NCBI GenBank assembly: GCA_963814275.1
Contig: CAWFCE010000001.1
Span: forward strand, 387,307 to 451,306
Length of the DNA: 64,000 nt
Reading direction: 5' to 3'
Origin: Candidatus Parcubacteria bacterium
GTDB lineage: Bacteria > Patescibacteriota > Patescibacteriia > Patescibacteriales > UBA12075
Each line of letters begins with the position of its first letter. Within the stretch, counting starts at the first letter, position 1. The position numbers were made by a program, and so were the translations under genes. Under the pieces are notes generated by a model that was given only the letters and a program-made list of their open reading frames with translations, searched no databases and was not told the origin of the DNA. Positions 49,206 through 57,928 of this stretch are shown here, in pieces.

Positions 49206-50477
49206 ATGAGTATATTATCTTCAATCAAAACTTCCATCATCGCCTTGCAGGCTAATAAGCTCAGGACCGCCCTGACCGTTTTGGGTATCGTGATCGGGAT
49301 TGCCAGCGTTATTATCGTGTTTTCGGCCGGCGCCGGTATCGAGGATCTGATCCTGGGACAGGTCGAGACATTTGGCACTAATATAATCGAAACCGAGATC
49401 AAAGTGCCGACCAATAAAAAGGGTTCGAACACGGATTCTTCAGGTTCGATGCAATTGGTCCAGGGAGCGCAGATCACTACGCTGACCCTGGATGATATGG
49501 CTGATCTGAACAAATTGCCGAACGTGAAGGACAGCTATGCCGGTATCATGGGCCAGGAACAGGTCGGTTACGGTAATGAGCTGGAAAAAGCCGCGCTTTT
49601 CGGCACCAATGCCAGCTATATCGATATCGACAAGAGCGAAGTCGAGTTCGGGCGGTTTTATACCGAGGAGGAGGACAAATCCCTGGCGGAAGTGGTTGTC
49701 CTGGGTTCTAAGATAAAAGATAAATTATTCGGCGATACCGATCCGCTGGGCAAAACGATCAGTATCAGGAAGAAAAAATTCCGGGTGCTGGGGGTGATGA
49801 AGGAGCGTGGCGCGGTTATGACCATGGATCTGGACAATTATGTCTACGTACCGGTCAGAACCCTGCAGAAACGGATCATGGGCATTGACCATGTCCTGTA
49901 TATCGTCAGTGAGCTGGAAAATAACGATCTGGCCGCCGATACGGCGCTTGACGCCCGCCGCCTGCTGCGCGAAAACCACAATATTACGGTGGAGCATGAC
50001 GACGATTACTATAAGGACGATTTTCGCGTTTCGACCATGACCGAAATGATGGACTTGCTTTCCACTATCACGGGAGCGATCACCCTGTTATTGCTGGCCA
50101 TAGTCGCGATTTCGCTCGTGGTCGGCGGTGTCGGGATCATGAATATAATGTATGTGGTCGTCACCGAACGGACCGCGGAGATCGGCCTGAGGAAAGCGGT
50201 CGGCGCCAGCTACAGCGATATCATGTGGCAGTTTTTGATCGAATCGGTCCTGATCACGATTCTAGGCGGAATACTGGGGATACTGATCGGCGTGGGTATT
50301 TCCTGGCTGATCGCATTCGGCGCGAACCGTTACGGACTGGACTGGAAGTTTTCCGTTCCGCTAAAAGCATTTATCACTTCGCTCGGTTTTTCCTGCTTCT
50401 TCGGCCTGGCTTTCGGCCTGTATCCGGCCCGCAAAGCGGCCCGCCTCCAGCCGGTAGAGGCTTTGCGGTCAGAATAG
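49206..50477 (+). CDS. ABC transporter permease (MacB periplasmic domain + FtsX), paralog
   Basis: 423 aa with the same motif set (RTAEIGLRKAVGA, FGLYPARKAARLQPVEALRSE). Confidence 0.9.
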   Translation: MSILSSIKTSIIALQANKLRTALTVLGIVIGIASVIIVFSAGAGIEDLILGQVETFGTNIIETEIKVPTNKKGSNTDSSGSMQLVQGAQITTLTLDDMADLNKLPNVKDSYAGIMGQEQVGYGNELEKAALFGTNASYIDIDKSEVEFGRFYTEEEDKSLAEVVVLGSKIKDKLFGDTDPLGKTISIRKKKFRVLGVMKERGAVMTMDLDNYVYVPVRTLQKRIMGIDHVLYIVSELENNDLAADTALDARRLLRENHNITVEHDDDYYKDDFRVSTMTEMMDLLSTITGAITLLLLAIVAISLVVGGVGIMNIMYVVVTERTAEIGLRKAVGASYSDIMWQFLIESVLITILGGILGILIGVGISWLIAFGANRYGLDWKFSVPLKAFITSLGFSCFFGLAFGLYPARKAARLQPVEALRSE

Positions 50478-50491
50478 CCCTCGCCCCCCAA

Positions 50492-50542
50492 CCCCTCTCC
50501 CGCTCGTGCGGCTCGCAGGAGAGGGGAGACGGAGTTTCTTTT
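50492..50542 (+). terminator. GC hairpin after the efflux operon
   Basis: CCCCTCTCC (50492-50500) pairs with GGAGAGGGG (50518-50526). A T-rich tract lies 9 nt downstream. Confidence 0.4.
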
Positions 50543-50888
50543 CCGCCACTCGTTGTTTCGCATCTATTAATAAAATGAAAATTTGAGTGCCAATTTTTAT
50601 CCTGAAAAGGAATGTGTCCCCATGGGGATTTGCATCCTTAACAAATCCGAAAAAACACATTATCAAAAACTCGAAACAATTATTCACAGTTTTCACTTAA
50701 ACTTTAGATGTTTTGGATTTAAAGCCTTGGTTATCGAAATATGTTTAGAAATTAGGATTTAGATACTAGGAATTCATCAAACAGGGCAGGTTATTCGCGC
50801 CTTGTTTTTTAAACGGAAATTTGTTATAGTAATAACGTTATAAGCGCTTATTTGCTATTGCTAAAGCCGTTTTTTTATGTTTTAATTT

Positions 50889-52901
50889 ATGTTTGTGTTT
50901 AGCCGGGCAAAGCATATTAATTTTGCCAAATTATACGGGCAAGCCAGGGAGGCGGTAATGGACCTGCCGCCGCTTAAAAAGCGGAGGCGGACAAAAAGCA
51001 TTTTGCGCTTTTTAAAATGGTTTTTTATCGCCCTTATCTGCCTGGTCGCCATTGCCGGATTTTATCTGGCTGCCCACCTGCTAACATTCAAAATGATCTA
51101 CCAGCGCGCCCTGACCGGTAAGGATAATATTGCCTATGCCGTGGCTTTGATCAAAGAGCGGGATTACGAAAGCGGCATTGCCTTTGCCACGGCCGCGGAA
51201 GAGGATTTTTCCGCCGCCATCGAACAATTGGGCAAGCTTTCCGCGGACCCCGTATTGGGTAGGCTGAATATTGCAGCTTCCCAGATTAACGATCTCGGGT
51301 ATCTGCTGTCTGCCGCCGAAACCCTGTCCCGGGCGGCGGCCAAAGGAGCGTCTATCGGGAGGGCGTTTGACCAGGTTATGGCCGGGCAATCCAGTTTTAA
51401 CCGGCTGACACCCGATAATAAGACGGTGGTATTGTCCTTGCTTTATGAATCAACGCCGGAAATAGTCGGACTTAAGGCGAATTTCGATCTGGCGAAATAT
51501 AATCTGGACCGGGTGTCCTACCGGGGTATACTGCTGCCGTTTAAAGGCCAAATTTCCGAATTACTCGGTAATATCGATACGGTCAGTGAAACGATCGACG
51601 GTCTGGTGCCGGCGGTAAAGCTCTTACCCGTCCTGGCCGGTTATCCCGATCCCGCCGCGTATTTGGTGTTGCTCCAGAACAGCGACGAATTGCGCCCCAC
51701 CGGCGGTTTCATCGGCACTTACGGCATCGCCACCACTCATGAAGGGGATTTACTCCGCTTTGATACGCACGATATTTACCATCTCGATATGCCGGTCAAG
51801 GATAAGCTGTCTATTGCGCCGCCGGAGCCTTTGAAAAAGTATCTGGGCATTGATAAATGGTATATGCGCGACGCGAACTGGTCCCCGGACTGGCCGACAG
51901 CGGCCCGGACAATCCAGGATTTTTACCGCCAGGAAAACGCTTTACTGCCTCCCCGCGACCGTGTAAATGATTTTGACGGCGATTTCGACGGAGTTATCGG
52001 GATAACGCCCCGTTTTGTTGTTAGTCTGCTGGCATATACCGGTCCCGTAATGATCGAAGGGGTGGCTTATGACAAAGACAATTTTATGGACTTATTGCAG
52101 TACCGTGTCGAAATGGGTTATGAACAATTGGGCGTGTCCTCGTGGCAGCGCAAAGAAGTGATCGGTGAGATACTCGCTGAAATGGAGCGGATAATCCTCA
52201 ATAAGCCGTTGAATGAATTATATCCGGTGTACAATATCATTTCGGATAATCTGCGGGAAAGAAATATTATCGCATATTTCAACGATGCCGAGCTGGAAGC
52301 GATTGCCGGCGAACAGAATTGGTCGGGTGCGGTTACGGAAACGGATGGAGACTATCTTTATGTGGTCGACGCCAACGTCGCGGCATTGAAAACGGACGCG
52401 GTAATGGACCGCAATTTGACTTATGAATTGGATGAAGGGGCAAACGGTTTATTCGCCCGCTTGACCCTACATTATTCGCACCAGGGCGATTTTGACTGGA
52501 AAACCACGCGTTACCGGTCATATACCAGGGTGTATGTCCCAGCCGGCAGCGAGCTGATCGAAGCGAAGGGATTCAGCGAAGAAATGGCTGAGCCTTACGA
52601 CGAGCTGGGCAAAACGGTTTTCGGCGGTTTTATATCGATCGAACCGGGCAAGATCGGGACGATAGAACTGTATTACAAGCTGCCGGACGCGATCGAGCAA
52701 GCCGCCGGGAGCGGCGAATATACGCTGCTCCTGCAAAAACAACCGGGCATGCGCGACCATCCGGGCACGATAAAGATGAATTTTGCCCGGCCCATTGACA
52801 GCTATACACCGACCGGGTTTTTCGGATATTTGACCGGATCGAACAGTATATCGTGGGAGGATGAGTTGAAAATCGATCAGACGTATAGTGTGTCTTTCTG
52901 A
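50889..52901 (+). CDS. DUF4012-like membrane-anchored protein
   Basis: It has an N-terminal TM helix. The central motif LLQNSDELRPTGGFIGTYG resembles the DUF4012 hallmark as I recall it. The start may instead be the ATG at 50958. Confidence 0.55.
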   Translation: MFVFSRAKHINFAKLYGQAREAVMDLPPLKKRRRTKSILRFLKWFFIALICLVAIAGFYLAAHLLTFKMIYQRALTGKDNIAYAVALIKERDYESGIAFATAAEEDFSAAIEQLGKLSADPVLGRLNIAASQINDLGYLLSAAETLSRAAAKGASIGRAFDQVMAGQSSFNRLTPDNKTVVLSLLYESTPEIVGLKANFDLAKYNLDRVSYRGILLPFKGQISELLGNIDTVSETIDGLVPAVKLLPVLAGYPDPAAYLVLLQNSDELRPTGGFIGTYGIATTHEGDLLRFDTHDIYHLDMPVKDKLSIAPPEPLKKYLGIDKWYMRDANWSPDWPTAARTIQDFYRQENALLPPRDRVNDFDGDFDGVIGITPRFVVSLLAYTGPVMIEGVAYDKDNFMDLLQYRVEMGYEQLGVSSWQRKEVIGEILAEMERIILNKPLNELYPVYNIISDNLRERNIIAYFNDAELEAIAGEQNWSGAVTETDGDYLYVVDANVAALKTDAVMDRNLTYELDEGANGLFARLTLHYSHQGDFDWKTTRYRSYTRVYVPAGSELIEAKGFSEEMAEPYDELGKTVFGGFISIEPGKIGTIELYYKLPDAIEQAAGSGEYTLLLQKQPGMRDHPGTIKMNFARPIDSYTPTGFFGYLTGSNSISWEDELKIDQTYSVSF

Positions 52902-53083
52902 AGATAGATACATATAATTTTCAATTTTCAATGATCCAATCAATATTAAATTTTTAAATATTTAATATTTAATTAAATAGGAAAATTTAAATTTGATAAT
53001 TACTTATTGATTGAAAATTGAAAATTGGATTATTGAAAATTTTTAAATTTATAAAATTAAATTATATTTAGAATTGATTACCA

Positions 53084-54168
53084 ACTTAGTTTCTAGAATT
53101 TAACGCAACACTATTATTAATTAGCTCATTGAATACTTGATAGGGTTTTCTGAATCCCAATGCCGCCCGGGGGCGTCCATTAAGCAAGTCCTGCACTTTT
53201 TTCACTTCATATCTGGATACTTTGTTGAAATCGGTTCCTTTGGGGAAAAATTGTCTGATCAGGCCGTTGGTGTTTTCGTTGGTGCCCCGCTCCCAAGGGC
53301 TTCTCGGATGGGCAAAATATACTTTGACGCCGGTGATGCCGGTAAACAGCTTGTGCTTGGCCATTTCCCGCCCTTGGTCGTAGGTCAGCGTCAGTTTCAT
53401 CTGCTGGGGCAGTTTTTTCACTTCCTTGGCGAAGGCTTTGGCCACCACTTCGGCGTCTTTGCTTTTGACCGGGATGAGGATAGTCGTGCGGGTCGTGCGC
53501 TCCACCAGGGTGCCAAGAGCCGAGCGATTGTACTTGCCAATGATCAGATCGCCCTCCCAGTGACCGGGGATGATCCTGTATTCAACCTCTTTCGGCCGCT
53601 CTTCGATTGAGAGCATATCCTCTATTTTCCGCTCCATTTTGACGCCCCGGGCTTGTTTATACCGCCTTTTATGGTTACGGCGCAAGCAGGCAGTCAGCTC
53701 TTTTTTAAGCGAACCCCTGGGTAACACGTAAATGTAGGTATAGATCGCTTCGGGCGATATATGCATAGTCATATCTAGAGGATAATCTATTTCCAGCTCT
53801 TCGGCAATCTGGCGGGGCGACCATTTCTTTTTCAGTTTCTTTCTGATATACGTCCACAGCTTCGGATTGTCGTTCAGTTTATGCTTGCCGGATTTCCTTT
53901 TAGCGGCATTCCGCCTGGCCCGATTCTGCGCCCTAACGGCCCGATAGGTATATTTATTGCCGCCACCAGCGTTGATTTCCCGACTGATGGTACTGACGTT
54001 CCTGCCCAAGATACCGGCAATCTGACGGAAAGAGCATTTTTGCGAGAGTAAACGACTGATTTCCTCCCGCTCTAAATCGCTTAATCTTTTAAAATTTGAC
54101 ATAGGAATCTAACATAGCATTATTGGCGCTTCGCGCCAAATATGTTGCGTTAAATTCTAGTCTCAAAC
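53084..54168 (-). mobile_element. IS30-family insertion sequence, copy 1 (1085 bp)
   Basis: Bounded by identity with copy 2. Terminal inverted repeats contain CTAGAATTTAACGCAAC at both ends. Confidence 0.85.
53086..54102 (-). CDS. IS30 family transposase
   Basis: 338 aa with an HTH (SFRQIAGILGRNVSTISREI) and a DDE core (IPGHWEGDLI). It has Tyr where copy 2 has Asp (EVEYR versus EVEDR). Confidence 0.9.
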   Translation of the reverse strand: MSNFKRLSDLEREEISRLLSQKCSFRQIAGILGRNVSTISREINAGGGNKYTYRAVRAQNRARRNAAKRKSGKHKLNDNPKLWTYIRKKLKKKWSPRQIAEELEIDYPLDMTMHISPEAIYTYIYVLPRGSLKKELTACLRRNHKRRYKQARGVKMERKIEDMLSIEERPKEVEYRIIPGHWEGDLIIGKYNRSALGTLVERTTRTTILIPVKSKDAEVVAKAFAKEVKKLPQQMKLTLTYDQGREMAKHKLFTGITGVKVYFAHPRSPWERGTNENTNGLIRQFFPKGTDFNKVSRYEVKKVQDLLNGRPRAALGFRKPYQVFNELINNSVALNSRN

Positions 54169-54208
54169 CAATGTTATAACCGGTTAATCATTAATATTGC
54201 AAATAAAC

Positions 54209-55216
54209 ATGTTCATAAAACGCATAGGAATAGATCTGGGGACGACATATACGCTCGTACATTTGCCGAAGCGGGGGATTGTGATCAATGAACCGAGCGT
54301 AGTGGCGGTATCGGTCAGCGACAAAAAAATACTGGCGGTCGGCAACGAAGCCAAGGATATGCTCGGGCGTACTCCCGACAGCATAATCGCGGTTAAGCCT
54401 CTGAAGGATGGAGTGATAGCGGATTACCGTACTACGGAAGCGATGCTTAGGTATTTCATCAACAAAGCGGTCGGCGGCGTCCGGCTGTTCCGGCCGGAAG
54501 TGATGGTGGCCGTACCGGCCGGCATTTCCTCGACCGAACGGCGGGCAGTGATCGATGCTACGATCGCGGCCGGAGCGAAGGCGGCTTATATCATCAAAGA
54601 GCCGGTGGCGGCGGCAATCGGCGCCGATATTCCGATCGGTTCGGCGTCGGGGCATATGATAATCGATATCGGCGGCGGTACAGCGGAAATGGCGGTTATC
54701 TCCCTGGGCGGGATCGTCGCTTCGACTTCGGTCAGGGTGGGAGGCAACCGTTTCGATGATGCAATAGTGGAATTCATCCGCAAGAAGTACAATCTGGCGA
54801 TTGGCGAACGCACGGCCGAAGAGGTCAAGATCAATATCGGTTCGGCCCTGTATCTGGAGAATAAACTGAGCCAGGAGATCCGCGGCCGCGATATTTTGAC
54901 CGGGCTGCCGCGCAGTATCACTGTTACCTCGAGCGACGTGACCGAAGCGCTCCAGGACGAACTGGAGGCAATCGTCAATGCCGCCAAAAAGGTTCTGCAC
55001 GAAACACCGCCGGAATTATCGGCTGATATCATGGATAAGGGGCTGGTGCTATCCGGCGGCAGTTCGCTTCTTAGGAATATCGAGCAGCTCCTGTCCCGGA
55101 CCACCGGCGTACCGGCCTATATCGCCGATGAACCATTGTTGTGTGTAGCCAAAGGGACCGGTATTGCCCTGGAAAATCTCGATTCATATAAACGCTCGAT
55201 CTTAGCCACGAAGTAG
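54209..55216 (+). CDS. mreB: Rod-shape-determining protein MreB
   Basis: ORF 54197-55216 with the ATG at 54209 (MFIKRIGIDLGTTYT). Actin-fold motifs DIGGGTAE and LSGGSSLLRN. Confidence 0.93.
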   Translation: MFIKRIGIDLGTTYTLVHLPKRGIVINEPSVVAVSVSDKKILAVGNEAKDMLGRTPDSIIAVKPLKDGVIADYRTTEAMLRYFINKAVGGVRLFRPEVMVAVPAGISSTERRAVIDATIAAGAKAAYIIKEPVAAAIGADIPIGSASGHMIIDIGGGTAEMAVISLGGIVASTSVRVGGNRFDDAIVEFIRKKYNLAIGERTAEEVKINIGSALYLENKLSQEIRGRDILTGLPRSITVTSSDVTEALQDELEAIVNAAKKVLHETPPELSADIMDKGLVLSGGSSLLRNIEQLLSRTTGVPAYIADEPLLCVAKGTGIALENLDSYKRSILATK

Positions 55217-55317
55217 GCAATAGGTTTTAGGCAATAGGCAATAGGCAATAGGAAAAAGCTAGAGCCTAGAGCCTATAGCCTAAAGCCTATTGCCTAAAAC
55301 CTATAGCCTAAAAACCT

Positions 55318-56604
55318 ATGATAATCGGCATTGATGCCAGCCGCGCCAATCGCGACCATAAGACCGGAACCGAATGGTACTCTTATTACCTGATCCGGGA
55401 GTTGGCCCGGCTGGATGCGGAGAACAAATACATCCTTTATACCGACAAACCGCTGGTAGGCGGTTTGATGGATTTGACCGTGGATCCGTTCGGACCGGGC
55501 TGGAGCCCCTCAGAGATCGAATACGACCGTTATGGGTATCAGATCATCTGTTCGCCGCACGATAATTTCCGGGCCAAAACCCTCAAGTGGCCGTTTACGT
55601 ATTTCTGGACCCAGGGCAGGCTATCGCTGGAGATGATGAAGCGGCCGGTCGATGTCCTGTTCGTGCCCGCCCACACCCTGCCGCTGATCCATCCCCGCCG
55701 TTCGGTAGTGACTATCCATGACATCGGCTACGACCGCACGTTTGCGGCCTATGAGAATCTGCATATCATAAAAAGCAGCGGCCATAGGCGGCGATTCCTG
55801 AATTTGCTCACCTGGCTGTTCACCCGCGGGCGCTACCGGGCCACCGCAGTCGATTATTTGCGGTGGTCGACGGAATTCGCCCTGGACAAGGCCGATCGGA
55901 TCATCGCGATATCGGAATACACCAAGCGCGACATCGAACAGTTTTACCGCGCCAAGAGCGAAAAGATCCGGGTTGTTTACAATGGATTCAATCAATCGCT
56001 TTACCGGCCGATCAATGACCGTGAGATCGTGGATAAAGTTTTGGCGAAATACGGCCTGGAACGCCCGTATCTATTCTATATCGGCCGGATCGAACGCAAG
56101 AAGAATATTCCCAATCTGATCGAGGCCTTCGCGATCCTGAAGGAGAAGAATCCGCAGATCAAGGAAAAGCTGCTTTTGGTCGGCGATGCCAGCTATGGTT
56201 ACGACGAATCCAAATATATGATACGCGAATTCGACCTGGTTAACGACGTGATCTTGCCCGGCTGGATCGATGAAATTGATATACCCTATATATATAACGG
56301 CGCCACGGCATTCGTATTTCCCTCTCTTTATGAAGGATTCGGCATTCCGCTGATGCAGGCAATGGCTTGCGGGGTGCCTGTTGCCGCCTCGGACGTGACT
56401 TCATTGCCCGAGGTCGCCGGCGGCGCGGCCCTGTTCTTCAATCCCAATTATTCACTTTCCATAGCCGATGCCCTGGCCAAGGTGATAACCGATAAAAAAT
56501 TGCGCGAAGAGCTTATCAGAAAGGGGATAGAACGGGCGAAGCATTTCAGCTGGGAAAAGACCGCGGAGAAAACGCTAGATATTATAACTTATAAATCAAG
56601 TTAA
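55318..56604 (+). CDS. Glycosyltransferase, GT4 (GT-B) family
   Basis: C-terminal [32 protein letters not shown] (EX7E region). 428 aa. Confidence 0.85.
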   Translation: MIIGIDASRANRDHKTGTEWYSYYLIRELARLDAENKYILYTDKPLVGGLMDLTVDPFGPGWSPSEIEYDRYGYQIICSPHDNFRAKTLKWPFTYFWTQGRLSLEMMKRPVDVLFVPAHTLPLIHPRRSVVTIHDIGYDRTFAAYENLHIIKSSGHRRRFLNLLTWLFTRGRYRATAVDYLRWSTEFALDKADRIIAISEYTKRDIEQFYRAKSEKIRVVYNGFNQSLYRPINDREIVDKVLAKYGLERPYLFYIGRIERKKNIPNLIEAFAILKEKNPQIKEKLLLVGDASYGYDESKYMIREFDLVNDVILPGWIDEIDIPYIYNGATAFVFPSLYEGFGIPLMQAMACGVPVAASDVTSLPEVAGGAALFFNPNYSLSIADALAKVITDKKLREELIRKGIERAKHFSWEKTAEKTLDIITYKSS

Positions 56605-56698
56605 GGCCTTGATCGATATTTTTAATATTCCAATAATTCAAACAATATTTAATTTTCAAAATCAAATATTCAACAGAACAAATTGAAAATTTAATATT

Positions 56699-57783
56699 AC
56701 TTAGTTTCTAGAATTTAACGCAACACTATTATTAATTAGCTCATTGAATACTTGATAGGGTTTTCTGAATCCCAATGCCGCCCGGGGGCGTCCATTAAGC
56801 AAGTCCTGCACTTTTTTCACTTCATATCTGGATACTTTGTTGAAATCGGTTCCTTTGGGGAAAAATTGTCTGATCAGGCCGTTGGTGTTTTCGTTGGTGC
56901 CCCGCTCCCAAGGGCTTCTCGGATGGGCAAAATATACTTTGACGCCGGTGATGCCGGTAAACAGCTTGTGCTTGGCCATTTCCCGCCCTTGGTCGTAGGT
57001 CAGCGTCAGTTTCATCTGCTGGGGCAGTTTTTTCACTTCCTTGGCGAAGGCTTTGGCCACCACTTCGGCGTCTTTGCTTTTGACCGGGATGAGGATAGTC
57101 GTGCGGGTCGTGCGCTCCACCAGGGTGCCAAGAGCCGAGCGATTGTACTTGCCAATGATCAGATCGCCCTCCCAGTGACCGGGGATGATCCTGTCTTCAA
57201 CCTCTTTCGGCCGCTCTTCGATTGAGAGCATATCCTCTATTTTCCGCTCCATTTTGACGCCCCGGGCTTGTTTATACCGCCTTTTATGGTTACGGCGCAA
57301 GCAGGCAGTCAGCTCTTTTTTAAGCGAACCCCTGGGTAACACGTAAATGTAGGTATAGATCGCTTCGGGCGATATATGCATAGTCATATCTAGAGGATAA
57401 TCTATTTCCAGCTCTTCGGCAATCTGGCGGGGCGACCATTTCTTTTTCAGTTTCTTTCTGATATACGTCCACAGCTTCGGATTGTCGTTCAGTTTATGCT
57501 TGCCGGATTTCCTTTTAGCGGCATTCCGCCTGGCCCGATTCTGCGCCCTAACGGCCCGATAGGTATATTTATTGCCGCCACCAGCGTTGATTTCCCGACT
57601 GATGGTACTGACGTTCCTGCCCAAGATACCGGCAATCTGACGGAAAGAGCATTTTTGCGAGAGTAAACGACTGATTTCCTCCCGCTCTAAATCGCTTAAT
57701 CTTTTAAAATTTGACATAGGAATCTAACATAGCATTATTGGCGCTTCGCGCCAAATATGTTGCGTTAAATTCTAGTCTCAAAC
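56699..57783 (-). mobile_element. IS30-family insertion sequence, copy 2 (1085 bp)
   Basis: Same length and orientation as copy 1. One difference seen: 57195 c versus 53580 a. Confidence 0.85.
56701..57717 (-). CDS. IS30 family transposase
   Basis: 338 aa, differing from copy 1 at one residue. Confidence 0.9.
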   Translation of the reverse strand: MSNFKRLSDLEREEISRLLSQKCSFRQIAGILGRNVSTISREINAGGGNKYTYRAVRAQNRARRNAAKRKSGKHKLNDNPKLWTYIRKKLKKKWSPRQIAEELEIDYPLDMTMHISPEAIYTYIYVLPRGSLKKELTACLRRNHKRRYKQARGVKMERKIEDMLSIEERPKEVEDRIIPGHWEGDLIIGKYNRSALGTLVERTTRTTILIPVKSKDAEVVAKAFAKEVKKLPQQMKLTLTYDQGREMAKHKLFTGITGVKVYFAHPRSPWERGTNENTNGLIRQFFPKGTDFNKVSRYEVKKVQDLLNGRPRAALGFRKPYQVFNELINNSVALNSRN

Positions 57784-57928
57784 TTAGTTATTAAATATTA
57801 ATTGAAAATTGGATTATTGGATCATTGGGTTATTAATTATAATTTTGGATTATTGAAAATTATTTCTTCAATTATCTGCCAGTGATCTTAGTTTTGCTAA
57901 TACTTATTAAAAGTAAATATAATTCAGA

